From NCBI GenBank assembly GCA_965279035.1, contig OZ257142.1:768001-832000 (forward strand): DNA of 64,000 nt, read 5' to 3'. The position numbers and the translations under genes are program-made. Shown here in pieces: positions 36,281 through 48,164 of this stretch; position 1 is the first letter of the stretch, and the number at the start of each line of letters is the position of its first letter. The notes under the pieces are model-generated. The model did not search any database. It worked only from the letters and a program-made list of their open reading frames with translations, and was not told where the DNA came from. The DNA comes from Bacteroidia bacterium (GTDB taxonomy: Bacteria > Bacteroidota > Bacteroidia > M30B66).

Positions 36281-38380
36281 GTGGATACGCCAAAAGATAT
36301 ACTCTGGCGCCTGCGGCTGATATACATCGTCGTTGTGCTGTTTAGCTTGCTCATTCTAGGGCGAGCTTTCAGCATTGGTGTAGTGAATCGGGAATATTGG
36401 CTAGCTAAAAAAGAACATCAAACCATTCGACTTAATACCATTGAAGCAATACGGGGGAATTTATATTCAACCGACGGAAGCCTTTTAGCTACTTCAGTTC
36501 CTATATACAATGTATATATGGATTTGAAAGCCGAATACTTGGATAAGATTTTCGACAAAGGAGTTGATTCTCTTTCTATGATGATGGCTCAAACCTTCAA
36601 AGATAAATCGAAGGAAGAGTATAAAAGGGAACTTCGTTCTGAACGTAGGAAAAAGAATCGTTACTATTTACTCCGTCGCGATGTTCGGCATGCTGAACTA
36701 AAAACGATGCGTCGTTTCCCCATTTTACGCTATGGTCGTTACCGTGGAGGAATGTTGGTAGAAGCACGGCCCAAACGGGAAATGCCTTTTCGGAATTTAG
36801 CTTTTCGGACTTTGGGGAGATATCAAGAAGGGATAAATTCCATTGGTATTGAAGGTGCTTTCAACGAATACTTGAAAGGAATTCGAGGGAAGCGTTTAGA
36901 ACAAAAAATTTCAGGTGGAACTTGGATTCCTTTGAATGATGGTGCTGAAGTAGATCCTAAAGAAGGCAATGATATTGTCACAACCATCGACATAGGGATT
37001 CAAGATGTTGCAGAAGCCGAGTTGATGCGTCAATTAAAATCACACAATGCAGAAAATGGCTGTGTTGTATTGATGGAGGTTGAAACGGGATACGTACGAG
37101 CTATTGCCAATTTAGGAAGGACAGGAGATTCAACATATTCCGAAAATTACAATTATGCTATTGGAGGTGGTTCTGAACCCGGCTCTACATTTAAGTTAGC
37201 GTCTTTGATGGCTTTGTTTGAAGATGGTTTAGCTAAACCTTCCGACATTTTCAATACACATGGTGGGAAAGTAACATTCCGAAATCGAACCATGACCGAT
37301 TCTCATGAAGGTGGTTTTGGAGAGATTTCTCTTGCTACTGCATTTGAGCATTCATCCAATACGGCCATATCTCAAGCTGTTTATCGGGCATATCATGCTA
37401 ATCCAAAGAAATTCACCGACAGGATTAAAAAATTTCACCTCAATGAAGCTCTTGGATTGCAAATAGCTGGTGAATCTGAACCGATTATCTTAGATCCAAC
37501 CAGTAAAACTTGGTCTGGAACTTCATTGCCATGGATGTCGATTGGTTACGAATCGCGTCTTGCTCCCATTCAAATTCTAGCATTTTATAATGCAGTTGCG
37601 AACAATGGGAAATTAATGAAACCGCAGTTTGTAGAAGAAATTCAAAGTCGTGGTCAAGCTGTTCGTCGATTCGATCCGGTTGTTATTGATCCAGCAATTT
37701 GTTCACCCGCAACAATTTCAAAATTGAAACCCTTACTTGAAGGTGTAGTTGAAAGAGGTACAGCAACGAATCTAAAAAATCCATATTATAAAATAGCTGG
37801 TAAAACAGGTACAGCTCAAATTGCAACTGGTAAAGATGGATATGGTGAAAAAGGAGCTAAAAAATACCAAGCTTCCTTTGTAGGGTATTTCCCTGCAGAT
37901 AATCCCAAATATTCATGCATTGTCGTTGTTAATACAAAAAATAATTCCGTTTACTACGCTAGTCTTGTCGCTGGTCCTGTTTTCAAAGAAGTAGCTGATA
38001 AAGTTTACGCTCAAAATATTGACATTCAGGAGCAACATCCTTCATTACTCAATTCCAGTTTAGGCGATAAGATGATTTCCGGTTACGGAAAAGACATTGC
38101 TCTTTTGATGAAACGGATGGGCTTGCAAGGAGAAATCCCTGAAGATGAAGATTGGGTGCACATCGATATTGATGGTGTTAAGGCCCATTCTGAAAGAATG
38201 AAAATGGTGCGCAATCAAGTTCCCGATGTTCGCGGAATGGGGTTGAAAGATGCCATGTACTTACTCGAAAATCAAGGCTTACGTGTCCGTTTTATTGGAA
38301 GAGGTATGGTGAAATCTCAATCAATTCCTGCCGGATTACCAGCTCAAAAAAACATGGAAGTTGTTCTCGAACTCGCATAA
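36281..38380 (+). CDS. ftsI: class B penicillin-binding protein FtsI with C-terminal PASTA domain
   Basis: EPGSTFK (SxxK), SSN (SxN), KTG, VPDVRGM PASTA; GTG start directly after the ftsL stop. Confidence 0.93.
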   Translation: MDTPKDILWRLRLIYIVVVLFSLLILGRAFSIGVVNREYWLAKKEHQTIRLNTIEAIRGNLYSTDGSLLATSVPIYNVYMDLKAEYLDKIFDKGVDSLSMMMAQTFKDKSKEEYKRELRSERRKKNRYYLLRRDVRHAELKTMRRFPILRYGRYRGGMLVEARPKREMPFRNLAFRTLGRYQEGINSIGIEGAFNEYLKGIRGKRLEQKISGGTWIPLNDGAEVDPKEGNDIVTTIDIGIQDVAEAELMRQLKSHNAENGCVVLMEVETGYVRAIANLGRTGDSTYSENYNYAIGGGSEPGSTFKLASLMALFEDGLAKPSDIFNTHGGKVTFRNRTMTDSHEGGFGEISLATAFEHSSNTAISQAVYRAYHANPKKFTDRIKKFHLNEALGLQIAGESEPIILDPTSKTWSGTSLPWMSIGYESRLAPIQILAFYNAVANNGKLMKPQFVEEIQSRGQAVRRFDPVVIDPAICSPATISKLKPLLEGVVERGTATNLKNPYYKIAGKTGTAQIATGKDGYGEKGAKKYQASFVGYFPADNPKYSCIVVVNTKNNSVYYASLVAGPVFKEVADKVYAQNIDIQEQHPSLLNSSLGDKMISGYGKDIALLMKRMGLQGEIPEDEDWVHIDIDGVKAHSERMKMVRNQVPDVRGMGLKDAMYLLENQGLRVRFIGRGMVKSQSIPAGLPAQKNMEVVLELA

Positions 38381-38381
38381 C

Positions 38382-39845
38382 ATGAGGCTACTTAGAGACA
38401 TATTATATAAAGCAGGCGCTGTTGAACTTCAAGGCTCAACCAATCTTGCTATATTATCTATTACTGCCGATTCGAGGAAAGTAGAAAAAAATGGACTTTT
38501 TGTTGCCGTTCGTGGAATCCAATCGGACGGTCATCAATTTATAAAAGCGGCCGAAGAACTAGGTGCAATTGCTATTGTATGCGAAGAAATGCCTTCGGTA
38601 TGCAAAGAGAAAGTAAGCTATATCGTAGTGAAAGACAGTGCCCTTGCACTTGGGACGATTGCTTCCAATTTTTACGATAATCCATCTTCAAGAATCAAGA
38701 TTGTTGGTGTAACTGGAACAAATGGTAAAACAACCATCGCCACCTTACTCTTTGAGCTTTTTAAAACACTTGGTCATTCTTGCGGATTATTATCCACTGT
38801 AAAGAATCAGATTGGAGATGAAATTCTTCCATCAACTCACACAACGCCCGATCCTGTTCAATTGCAGTTTTTACTCGATAGAATGGTGAAAGCCGGTTGC
38901 CATTACGCTTTTATGGAAGTGAGCTCACATGCAGTGGATCAGCACCGAATTCAGGGGATTGATTTCGTAGGTGGTGTATTTACGAATCTAACCCACGATC
39001 ATCTCGACTATCATAAAACCTTCGAAAATTATTTAGCTGCGAAACAGCGCTTCTTTTCCCAATTACCTAGCGACTCGTTTGCGTTAGTAAACCGAGATGA
39101 TGAGAGTTCGAGCGAAATGGTTGCGTTTACCAAAGCTCACCTGAATACCTATGGTTTAAGTCAGAGCGCCGATTTTACCTGTCGGATTCTTGAAAAGGAA
39201 TTTGGTGGGATGATGCTACGTATTGATGAGCAAGACGTATGGACTCATCTCATTGGAGTTTTCAATGCGTATAATCTATTAGCAGTGTATGCTGTTGCTG
39301 TTTTATTGGGGCAAGATAAAGTGAACACACTAACTGCTCTTAGCACTTTACGCAGTGTTGAAGGCCGTTTCCAATACCTACAATCGACTGATAAAATTAC
39401 CGGCATTGTTGATTATGCTCATACACCAGATGCATTGGAGAATGTTTTAAAAACGGTGAATGAGCTGCGAACAGGAAATGAGCAAATCATCACCTTGGTT
39501 GGTTGTGGCGGAGATCGTGATTCGACAAAACGACCAGAAATGGCACGTATCGCATGCGAAATGAGTGATAAGGTAATTCTTACTTCCGACAATCCACGTT
39601 CAGAAGATCCCGAAGAAATTATTCGCCAAATGAAAGCCGGAGTGGATGCGGTGAATTACAAAAAAGTACTAACCATAACCGATCGGCGCGAAGCAATTCG
39701 GACTGCTTGTGCTCTTGGAAAAGCTGGAGATATCATTCTCATTGCTGGGAAAGGCCATGAAAAATACCAAGAAATCAAGGGAGTAAAACATCCTTTCGAT
39801 GATATGAAAGAACTAAAAGAAACATTTAATCTACAGGGAAGCTGA
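38382..39845 (+). CDS. murE: UDP-MurNAc-tripeptide synthetase (meso-DAP type)
   Basis: [25 protein letters not shown]. Confidence 0.97.
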   Translation: MRLLRDILYKAGAVELQGSTNLAILSITADSRKVEKNGLFVAVRGIQSDGHQFIKAAEELGAIAIVCEEMPSVCKEKVSYIVVKDSALALGTIASNFYDNPSSRIKIVGVTGTNGKTTIATLLFELFKTLGHSCGLLSTVKNQIGDEILPSTHTTPDPVQLQFLLDRMVKAGCHYAFMEVSSHAVDQHRIQGIDFVGGVFTNLTHDHLDYHKTFENYLAAKQRFFSQLPSDSFALVNRDDESSSEMVAFTKAHLNTYGLSQSADFTCRILEKEFGGMMLRIDEQDVWTHLIGVFNAYNLLAVYAVAVLLGQDKVNTLTALSTLRSVEGRFQYLQSTDKITGIVDYAHTPDALENVLKTVNELRTGNEQIITLVGCGGDRDSTKRPEMARIACEMSDKVILTSDNPRSEDPEEIIRQMKAGVDAVNYKKVLTITDRREAIRTACALGKAGDIILIAGKGHEKYQEIKGVKHPFDDMKELKETFNLQGS

Positions 39846-41086
39846 TGCTATACTATCTCTTCGATTATCTCGATAAACACACAGACTTGCCTGGAGTTGG
39901 ATTATTCCATTTCATCTCCTTTCGGGCTGCAATGGCACTCATTCTTTCCTTGGTTATATCCATGGTTTTTGGAAAGAAAATCATCCAGTATTTGCAGTTG
40001 AAGCAAGTGGGTGAAATCATTCGTGATCTCGGTCTTCAAGGACAAATGAATAAACAGGGAACACCAACAATGGGTGGACTCATTATACTTTCCTGTATTC
40101 TCATTCCTACGCTCTTATTTGCAAAACTTCATAATATATACATAATCACCTTAATCGTTTCTACCGTTGGCTTGGGATTGATAGGCTTTTTGGATGATTA
40201 TATCAAGGTTTTCAAAAAGAATAAAGAAGGACTCGCCGGGCGATTCAAGATTGTTGGTCAAGTAGGTGTTGGATTATTGGTTGGAGCCTTGCTTTATTTC
40301 CATCCGGATGTAACAATTCGTCGACAAATTGTTGGATCAACTCCCGTGGTTCAAACTGTTGATGAATCTGTTATAGCGGCACACAATCAGAATTATGTGG
40401 ATGCCAAAGCTCCGATTACTACTATTCCTTTTGTAAAGAATCACGAATTCAATTATTCTAAACTGCTTGCATTCTTAGGTGATAACTATGAAAAATGGGC
40501 TTGGTTGATTTTCATTCCAGTAGTCATTTTTATCATCACAGCCGTTTCTAACGGAGCAAACATGACCGATGGTTTGGACGGCTTAGCTGCTGGAACCACT
40601 GGTATTATTGGCTTTGTATTGGCACTTTTTGCCTATGTATCGGGTAACCTCATTTTTGCCGATTACTTAAACATCATGTATATCCCCGACTCGGGCGAAA
40701 TAGTGATTTACATGAGTGCTTTTGTTGGTGCTTGTGTTGGATTTCTTTGGTACAACAGTTATCCGGCTCAAATCTTTATGGGCGACACAGGCAGTTTGGC
40801 TTTAGGTGGAATTGTAGCTGTTGTAGCCATCATGCTTCGAAAGGAATTGCTCATCCCTATTCTATGTGGAATCTACTTGGTAGAAAACCTAAGTGTTCTC
40901 ATGCAAGTGAGCTATTTCAAGTACACGAAGAAACGTTATGGAGAGGGTAGACGGATTTTTCGCATGGCTCCATTGCATCACCATTTTCAAAAAATGGGTT
41001 TTCATGAATCTAAAATCGTTGCGCGTTTCTGGATTGTTGGAATCGCGCTGGCTGTACTCACTATCGTAACCTTAAAACTCCGCTAA
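39845..41086 (+). CDS. mraY: phospho-MurNAc-pentapeptide translocase
   Basis: [35 protein letters not shown]. Confidence 0.97.
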   Translation: MLYYLFDYLDKHTDLPGVGLFHFISFRAAMALILSLVISMVFGKKIIQYLQLKQVGEIIRDLGLQGQMNKQGTPTMGGLIILSCILIPTLLFAKLHNIYIITLIVSTVGLGLIGFLDDYIKVFKKNKEGLAGRFKIVGQVGVGLLVGALLYFHPDVTIRRQIVGSTPVVQTVDESVIAAHNQNYVDAKAPITTIPFVKNHEFNYSKLLAFLGDNYEKWAWLIFIPVVIFIITAVSNGANMTDGLDGLAAGTTGIIGFVLALFAYVSGNLIFADYLNIMYIPDSGEIVIYMSAFVGACVGFLWYNSYPAQIFMGDTGSLALGGIVAVVAIMLRKELLIPILCGIYLVENLSVLMQVSYFKYTKKRYGEGRRIFRMAPLHHHFQKMGFHESKIVARFWIVGIALAVLTIVTLKLR

Positions 41087-41088
41087 GC

Positions 41089-42429
41089 TTGGAAACGAAA
41101 CAACATATAACCATCCTTGGTGCCGCCGAAAGTGGCGTCGGAGCAGCCGTATTGGCTAAGCTCAAAGGCTGGAATGTGTTCGTTTCCGATAAAGGAACGA
41201 TTGCTCCTAAGTTTAAAGAAGAACTTGTTAAAGAAGAAATTGCTTTTGAAGAAGGATTTCATTCTGATGAGCGTGTTCTTGGTGCTGAATTAATTATCAA
41301 AAGTCCCGGCATTCCGGATAAAGCACCTATTGTCATTGAGGCCCACAAGCGTGGAATTCCAGTCATTTCGGAAATAGAATTTGCCGCTCGTTATACCGAT
41401 GCCAAATTGATCGCTATAACTGGAACAAACGGTAAAACAACCACCACACTTTTAACCTATCATATTTTCAAAAAAGCCGGTTTAAACGTAGGAGTCGCGG
41501 GCAATGTAGGTCGAAGTTTTGCCCGTCAGGTAGCTGAAACAACACGCGATTTTTACATTCTAGAATTGAGCAGTTTTCAATTGGATGGACTATTTCAATT
41601 CAAAGCAGATGTGGCTGTATTGCTCAATATTACTCCCGATCACCTAGATCGTTACGATTATCAATTGAACAATTACATCTTCTCCAAATTCCGCATTCTA
41701 CAGAATATGGATGAGCAAGGTGTATTTATTTATTGTGCCGACGATCCAATCACCACCGAAGCGCTGGACCAATTTCCAACACCGGCTCAGAAATTCCCTT
41801 TCTCACTTACGATTCCTCAGGAACACGGTGCATTTATCCAAGAAAATCAAGTTCACTTCACTATAAACGATCCACTCATTATGTCCATTTTCGACCTCGC
41901 CCTACAAGGCAAACACAACCAGTATAACTCGATGGCAGCCGGCATTTCTGCTCGAGTGTTTGATATTCGTAAAGACCTCGTTCGTGAGAGTTTGATGGAT
42001 TTTGAAAACATCGAACATCGCCTTGAATTTGTTACCAAGGTGCACGGCATTGAATTCATTAATGATTCAAAAGCTACCAATGTCAATTCAACTTGGTATG
42101 CCCTCGAAAGCATGACCAATCCGATCATCTGGATTGTTGGAGGTGTTGACAAAGGCAACGATTACAACATGCTTACTGATCTCGTTCGTGGACGAGTAAA
42201 AGCCATTGTTTGTATGGGAAAAGACAATGTCAAAATCCATGATGCATTTCATGGAATGGTTGAACATATTGTTGATACTCAAGGAGCGGCTGAAGCAGTG
42301 AAGGCAGCCTATCTATTGGGTAAAAAAGGAGACACCGTGCTTCTTTCGCCTGCATGTGCAAGCTTCGATTTATTTGAAAATTACGAAGACCGCGGTCGTC
42401 AGTTCAAAAAAGCTGTTCGCGAACTATAA
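41089..42429 (+). CDS. murD: UDP-MurNAc-L-Ala:D-Glu ligase
   Basis: TTG start; SPGI, GTNGKTTT, ELSSFQL, NDSKATN, LSPACASFD. Confidence 0.97.
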   Translation: METKQHITILGAAESGVGAAVLAKLKGWNVFVSDKGTIAPKFKEELVKEEIAFEEGFHSDERVLGAELIIKSPGIPDKAPIVIEAHKRGIPVISEIEFAARYTDAKLIAITGTNGKTTTTLLTYHIFKKAGLNVGVAGNVGRSFARQVAETTRDFYILELSSFQLDGLFQFKADVAVLLNITPDHLDRYDYQLNNYIFSKFRILQNMDEQGVFIYCADDPITTEALDQFPTPAQKFPFSLTIPQEHGAFIQENQVHFTINDPLIMSIFDLALQGKHNQYNSMAAGISARVFDIRKDLVRESLMDFENIEHRLEFVTKVHGIEFINDSKATNVNSTWYALESMTNPIIWIVGGVDKGNDYNMLTDLVRGRVKAIVCMGKDNVKIHDAFHGMVEHIVDTQGAAEAVKAAYLLGKKGDTVLLSPACASFDLFENYEDRGRQFKKAVREL

Positions 42430-42450
42430 TTTATTTCAGCCCAAGAAATC

Positions 42451-43599
42451 ATGAATATTCCTGCCATATACGCTAAAGGAGACCGCACCATTTGGATCGT
42501 GGTGCTGATTCTTAGCCTTTTGTCTGTCATGGCAGTTTATACTTCCACTGGTTCTCTTGCTTATGCAAAACAAGGCGGAAATACCGAACATTATCTGATT
42601 AAGCATTTAGCCCTTGTGTTAACGGGATTGTTCATGATGTACATGACTCACCTAGCCAACTATAAGATTTTCTCTCGAATAGGTCAATTGGCTATCTGGC
42701 TTGCGTTTCCCTTGTTAGCAGTTACACTTTTTAGTGGAAGCGAAATCAATGATGCCGCACGTTGGCTAACTGTTCCTATCATCAATGCTACGTTTCAAAC
42801 GTCCGACTTTGCTAAGCTTGCTTTAATTATGTATTTGGCGAGGCTTTTATCTCGTAAGCAAGATCAAATCAAGGAATTCAAAGAAGCATTTCTTCCATTG
42901 ATGGTTCCTATATTTTGCATCTGTGGATTGATACTTCCTGCCAATTTCTCAACAGCAGCAGTGCTTTTTTCTACCTGTTTACTATTGCTTTTTGTTGGGA
43001 GAGTTAATATCAAATACATTCTCGCACTCATTGGTGGAGGAATCATTGCTTTCGTCCTATTCATTTTTATCGCTCTTCAATTCAATCTTCCGGGCAGGAT
43101 GTCGACCTGGAAAGCGCGAATTGAAAACTTCTCTAGCGGAAATTCCGATACGAATTATCAAGCAGAACAAGCTAAAATAGCTATTGCTAATGGTGGATTA
43201 ATTGGAATGGGACCGGGGAAAAGTGAGCAACGTAATTTCCTTCCACAAGCTTATTCCGATTTTATTTTCGCAATCATTCTCGAAGAAGGAGGATTGATGA
43301 TGGGAGCATTTGTAGTGCTGCTTTACCTCATTTTACTGCTCCGAGTGATACGAATGGTGCGCTATAGCCCTCAAACATTTGCTACGTTTTTAGCAGTTGG
43401 TTGTTGTTTGATGTTGTTGTTTCAAGCCTTTATCAATATGGCTGTTGCTGTGAATTTATTTCCTGTAACTGGTCAAGCCTTGCCATTGATTAGTATGGGA
43501 GGAACTTCCATTTGGTTTACGAGTATTTCTATAGGAATAATTCTCTGCGTTAGTCGTTTTTGTGTTAAGGAGAAAGGAGGCGAAGATGCGCTCGTATAA
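42451..43599 (+). CDS. ftsW: SEDS peptidoglycan polymerase FtsW
   Basis: A.RW, FQ.SD.AK, SDFIFAII.EE, TGQ.LP.ISMGGTS. Confidence 0.95.
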   Translation: MNIPAIYAKGDRTIWIVVLILSLLSVMAVYTSTGSLAYAKQGGNTEHYLIKHLALVLTGLFMMYMTHLANYKIFSRIGQLAIWLAFPLLAVTLFSGSEINDAARWLTVPIINATFQTSDFAKLALIMYLARLLSRKQDQIKEFKEAFLPLMVPIFCICGLILPANFSTAAVLFSTCLLLLFVGRVNIKYILALIGGGIIAFVLFIFIALQFNLPGRMSTWKARIENFSSGNSDTNYQAEQAKIAIANGGLIGMGPGKSEQRNFLPQAYSDFIFAIILEEGGLMMGAFVVLLYLILLLRVIRMVRYSPQTFATFLAVGCCLMLLFQAFINMAVAVNLFPVTGQALPLISMGGTSIWFTSISIGIILCVSRFCVKEKGGEDALV

Positions 43600-44689
43600 A
43601 TTCATCATTTCAGGAGGTGGAACAGGTGGGCATATCTTTCCTGCTGTAGCCATTGCGAATGGAATTAAAGAACGTTACCCCAATGCTGAAATTCTCTTTG
43701 TTGGGGCTAAAGGACGCATGGAAATGGAAAAAGTTCCGGCTGCAGGTTACGAGATTGTAGGATTAAATATTTCTGGAATTCAACGCTCCTTCACCTTGAA
43801 AAACCTCTTGGTGCCTTTCCGTTTGTTAGGTGCTTTGAATGAAGCCGGAAAAATATTGAAGCGATTTAAGCCCGATGTTGTGATTGGTGTTGGTGGATAT
43901 GCGAGTGGCGCTATCGTTTTCATGGCTTCACGCAAGGGAATTCCAACCTTGGTTCAAGAACAAAATTCCTATCCGGGAATCACCAATAAATTGCTTTCTA
44001 AAAGAGTAAAACGCCTCTGTGTTGCATACGATGGCATGGAACGTTTCTTTCCCGCCGATAAAATTCGCTTAACCGGAAATCCTGTCCGCCAGGAAATCGC
44101 CGACCAACAAGGTAAACGAGAGAAAGCTATCAGTCATTTTGGTCTTAATCCAAACAAACAAACGCTCTTAGTGATTGGTGGAAGTTTAGGAGCACTTTCG
44201 ATCAATGAAAGTATGCTAGCGGCCTTGCCTCGAATCAAAGAAAGCGGTATTCAATTGATCTGGCAAACGGGAAAAGGGTTCGATGGGAAAGCAGCAGCAG
44301 CAGTTGCTGAATTGAATGATGCAGGTATTCAAACCTATGCTTTTATAAAAGAGATGGATTTGGCTTATGCTGCAGCCGATTTGGTTGTTTCACGTGCTGG
44401 AGCTTTGGCTGTTTCGGAGTTGTGTTTAGTGAAGAAGGCTTGCATTTTAGTTCCTTATCCTTTTGCTTCCGAAGATCATCAAACACACAACGCACAATCG
44501 TTGGTGGAAAAAGGAGCAGCATTGCTCGTCACAGATAGCGATGCACGAACGAAACTTGCAGATGTTGCTCTAGAACTAGCCTCAAATGCTGAAAAGCGCG
44601 ATGGGCTGGTGAAAGCAATTAGTTCATTGGGGAAACCCGATGCAACAAATACGATAGTGGATGAAGTTTTTAACCTGATGACTGCCTGA
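43586..44689 (+). CDS. murG: lipid II GlcNAc transferase
   Basis: GGGTGGH, GGYAS, EQNS.PG, GNPVR, GGSLGA, HQ..NA. Confidence 0.97.
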   Translation: MRSYKFIISGGGTGGHIFPAVAIANGIKERYPNAEILFVGAKGRMEMEKVPAAGYEIVGLNISGIQRSFTLKNLLVPFRLLGALNEAGKILKRFKPDVVIGVGGYASGAIVFMASRKGIPTLVQEQNSYPGITNKLLSKRVKRLCVAYDGMERFFPADKIRLTGNPVRQEIADQQGKREKAISHFGLNPNKQTLLVIGGSLGALSINESMLAALPRIKESGIQLIWQTGKGFDGKAAAAVAELNDAGIQTYAFIKEMDLAYAAADLVVSRAGALAVSELCLVKKACILVPYPFASEDHQTHNAQSLVEKGAALLVTDSDARTKLADVALELASNAEKRDGLVKAISSLGKPDATNTIVDEVFNLMTA

Positions 44690-44691
44690 TC

Positions 44692-46083
44692 ATGAATTTG
44701 CAAGCTGTCACATATGTATATTTCCTTGGCGCCGGTGGAATCGGAATGAGCGCTCTAGGACGCTACTTTTTGCGTCGGGGAATTGCTGTGGGCGGTTATG
44801 ACAAAACAGCTACATCGCTTACTTCTGAGCTCATTGCTGAAGGAATGAACATTGGCTTCATTGATTCTGTAAGTCAACTTCCGGAAGAAATTTCATCAAG
44901 TGCCGATAAATCAAGCATCCTCATAATTTATACTCCGGCAATTCCATCCAATAGCGAATTGTTGAATTATTTCCGGAATGAAGGATACATGCTGATTAAA
45001 CGTGCCGAAGTTTTAGGATTGATTTCTCGCTCTCATAAAACATTGGCGGTTGCTGGCACACACGGAAAAACAACCACTTCTACTTTGATTGCCCACTTGC
45101 TTCAACAAGGTGGCATGAATCCCGTTGCTTTTTTAGGTGGTATTTCTGTCAATTATTCAAGTAATTATTTACCGGGAACCTCCGACAGTATTCTTGTTGC
45201 CGAAGCAGATGAATATGATCGTTCATTCCTTCAGCTACATCCGCATACAGCGGTAATCACTTCAACTGATGCTGATCATCTCGACATTTACGGGAAGAAA
45301 GATGCGCTGGTTCAATCGTTCAGCGATTTTGCCGATCAAGTAAATCCGCATGGGTTCTTAATTCTCAAAGCCGGGCTCGATTTACCAAAGCGACTTTACG
45401 ATCGTGCAGTTTCTTATCACACAGAATTACCTTCTGATGTGCATTTAGAAAATTGTATTGCCGAAGGTGACAAATACCGATTTGATGTTCGTATTCAAGG
45501 AAAATTACTGAGCGGATTAACGCTTGGACTTCCTGGATTTCATAATGTTGAAAATGCTTTAGCTGCCATTGCATCTGTTTATTTAAATGGCTTGTCGGAA
45601 GATTCAATTCGAAAAGGCTTGGAGAGTTTTCAAGGTGTAAAGCGTCGTTTTGAATACATCATTCGTGAAAACGATTTTGTTTTTATTGATGACTATGCAC
45701 ATCATCCCGAAGAACTTCGTGCTTGCATTACTTCCGTAAAACGGATATACCCAGGTCGTCATTTAATGGGTGTTTTTCAACCTCATTTATTTACACGCAC
45801 CCGCGATTTTCTCGATGGATTTGCTGAAAGCCTTTCTCTACTCGATGAAGTAATCCTTTTGGATATATATCCTGCACGTGAACTTCCAATTGAAGGCGTG
45901 AGTTCGGCCGTATTGCTCGAAAAGATTCAAGCAAGAAAGAAGTCCTTACTTAGTAAAGGAGAGCTAGTCGATTACATTTCTTCAAATAAACCGGAAGTGC
46001 TTCTCACCTTGGGAGCCGGCGATATCGATATGTTGGTGGAACCAATCCGTCAACGACTCACACAAACACCTGTCTTGCCATGA
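44692..46083 (+). CDS. murC: UDP-MurNAc--L-alanine ligase
   Basis: GGIGMSAL, GTHGKTTT, EADEYD, DDYAHHP, FQPH. Confidence 0.97.
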   Translation: MNLQAVTYVYFLGAGGIGMSALGRYFLRRGIAVGGYDKTATSLTSELIAEGMNIGFIDSVSQLPEEISSSADKSSILIIYTPAIPSNSELLNYFRNEGYMLIKRAEVLGLISRSHKTLAVAGTHGKTTTSTLIAHLLQQGGMNPVAFLGGISVNYSSNYLPGTSDSILVAEADEYDRSFLQLHPHTAVITSTDADHLDIYGKKDALVQSFSDFADQVNPHGFLILKAGLDLPKRLYDRAVSYHTELPSDVHLENCIAEGDKYRFDVRIQGKLLSGLTLGLPGFHNVENALAAIASVYLNGLSEDSIRKGLESFQGVKRRFEYIIRENDFVFIDDYAHHPEELRACITSVKRIYPGRHLMGVFQPHLFTRTRDFLDGFAESLSLLDEVILLDIYPARELPIEGVSSAVLLEKIQARKKSLLSKGELVDYISSNKPEVLLTLGAGDIDMLVEPIRQRLTQTPVLP

Positions 46084-46880
46084 AAAAGAAGCTCGTCAGA
46101 ATTATTGTTTGGGCTGTATCGATGATTGCAATTGTCGTATTGTTTGGTTTTATAAATCAGCAAAGGAAATCGGCTATTTGCAACGAAAGTAAAATCACCA
46201 TACTAGGCGACTCTACTGTTCAATTTGTAGTTGATGATGATGTGTATCATCTTCTTCGAACGAAGGGAATTCACATTGATTCGCTTCTGGCTTCGGATGT
46301 CAATCTGCTTGAAATTGAGTCTGAACTTATAAAGCATCCTGCCATCCAATCGGCCGACGTGTATTACAATCCCAAAGGAGTTTTATGTATGGACATCGTT
46401 CAACGAACTCCTGTATTGCGAGTAGTTGATACTTATGGCGAAAGCTATTATATCGATGACCAAGGGAATTACATGCCTTTGATCGATCGCTTTACAGCAC
46501 GTGTTCCGGTTGCTACTGGTGCCATTAATGATCCGTATTACAAACTCAGCATGAGTGTTAAGGACATCATTGCCAACGACAGTCTTGCTATTCGTTCAAC
46601 TACCGACGACTTGTTCACGTTTGTGATGGCTGCTCGACGCGATACATTCGCTTGGGTGCAAATGGAACAGCTCGTTGTTCGGCCAGATGGAGATTTGGAA
46701 ATGGTTCCTGGAATTGGCCCAACCAGCATTCTCTTCGGTGATACCAAAGACTTAGAAGATAAATTCAAACGCTTAAAGCTATTCTACAAAGAAGGATTAC
46801 CACTTGTTGGATGGAATGCATACAGTGCCTTGAATCTTAAATATAACAACCAAATAATTTGTACCAAAAACACAAACTAA
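46080..46880 (+). CDS. ftsQ: cell division protein FtsQ/DivIB
   Basis: N-terminal TM, POTRA-like region, QR.P..R, Y..LNLKY.NQI.C; lies between murC and ftsA. Confidence 0.85.
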   Translation: MKKKLVRIIVWAVSMIAIVVLFGFINQQRKSAICNESKITILGDSTVQFVVDDDVYHLLRTKGIHIDSLLASDVNLLEIESELIKHPAIQSADVYYNPKGVLCMDIVQRTPVLRVVDTYGESYYIDDQGNYMPLIDRFTARVPVATGAINDPYYKLSMSVKDIIANDSLAIRSTTDDLFTFVMAARRDTFAWVQMEQLVVRPDGDLEMVPGIGPTSILFGDTKDLEDKFKRLKLFYKEGLPLVGWNAYSALNLKYNNQIICTKNTN

Positions 46881-46883
46881 ATC

Positions 46884-48164
46884 ATGGACTCAGAAATCAT
46901 AGTCGGCCTTGATATTGGTACCACCAAAATTGTCGCCATGGTCGGACGACGTAACGAGCACGGGAAAATCGAAATCCTGGGACATGGGAAATCTACATCC
47001 ATTGGTGTAAAGCGTGGTGTGGTTTCGAACATTGAACGAACGGTACAAAGCATTCGAGCAGCAGTAGAAGAGGCAGAAAATGTTTCGGGTGTTGACATTC
47101 GCTTAGTGAATGTTGGTATTGCTGGGCAGCATATTAAATCCATCCAACATCATGGAGTTTTTATGCGCAGCAATTATGAGCAAGAGATTACACAAACTGA
47201 TATCGATGTCCTAACTCAAGACATGTTTAAGTTGGTGATGCTTCCGGGTGAAGAAATCATTCATGCTTTGCCGCAAGAATATATCATCGACAATGAGAAA
47301 GGAATTAAAGATCCGATTGGGATGTGTGGTATTCGGATGGAAGCCAATTTTCACATCATCACTGGTCAAATTGCTGCGGCAAAAAACATCTACAAATGTG
47401 TAAACCGCGCAAACCTCGAAGCAACTGGTTTAATTCTCGAGCCTTTAGCTTCGGCCGAAGCTGTGCTAAGCAAAGAAGAAAAGGAAGCCGGTGTTGCCTT
47501 GGTTGATATTGGTGGAGGAACAACCGACATCGCCATTTTTCAAGAAGGGATAATTCGTCACACAGCTGTGATTGCATTAGGTGGTGATATTATCACAGAA
47601 GATATTAAAGAAGGATGTTCCATTATTAAGGATCAAGCAGAAATGCTCAAGATTCGCTTTGGTTCTGCTCTTGCCAGCGAAAGCAAAGAGAATGAAATTG
47701 TTTCCATTCCTGGTTTACGTGGGCGCGAACCCAAAGAAATCAGCTTGAAGAATCTGGCCAATATCATTCAGGCGCGGATGGAAGATATAATCGAACACAT
47801 CTATTACGAAATCAAAAATTCGGGCTACGAGAAAAAACTCATAGCAGGTATCGTCGTGACAGGTGGTGGCGCCAAGCTAAAACATGTATCTCAATTAATT
47901 GAATATATGACTGGAATGGATACACGCATTGGTTATCCAAACGAACATCTTTCAAAAGCAACTGAAGAAATCGCTTCGCCCATGTTTGCAACATCCGTTG
48001 GGCTTGTGATAAAAGGTTTCGAATTGAGTGATAGTAAGAAAGTACGTGAAGATTTAAAGCAATTGGGCGTGAAACCGAAACCTCAAAAATCGGGTGGATT
48101 TTTCGATGCCATTTTTGCAAAAACTAAGAATTTCTTCGACGATGACAACGAGAGGAATTCATAG
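46884..48164 (+). CDS. ftsA: cell division protein FtsA
   Basis: GLDIGTTK, DIGGGTT, TGGG, C-terminal amphipathic helix. Confidence 0.97.
   Translation: MDSEIIVGLDIGTTKIVAMVGRRNEHGKIEILGHGKSTSIGVKRGVVSNIERTVQSIRAAVEEAENVSGVDIRLVNVGIAGQHIKSIQHHGVFMRSNYEQEITQTDIDVLTQDMFKLVMLPGEEIIHALPQEYIIDNEKGIKDPIGMCGIRMEANFHIITGQIAAAKNIYKCVNRANLEATGLILEPLASAEAVLSKEEKEAGVALVDIGGGTTDIAIFQEGIIRHTAVIALGGDIITEDIKEGCSIIKDQAEMLKIRFGSALASESKENEIVSIPGLRGREPKEISLKNLANIIQARMEDIIEHIYYEIKNSGYEKKLIAGIVVTGGGAKLKHVSQLIEYMTGMDTRIGYPNEHLSKATEEIASPMFATSVGLVIKGFELSDSKKVREDLKQLGVKPKPQKSGGFFDAIFAKTKNFFDDDNERNS

Noticed and set aside
41881-42429. Internal translation start in murD (A/C-rich stretch before MSIFDLAL)
   Set aside because: The reading frame is continuous and the Met lies in an ordinary linker; unsupported without ribosome profiling.
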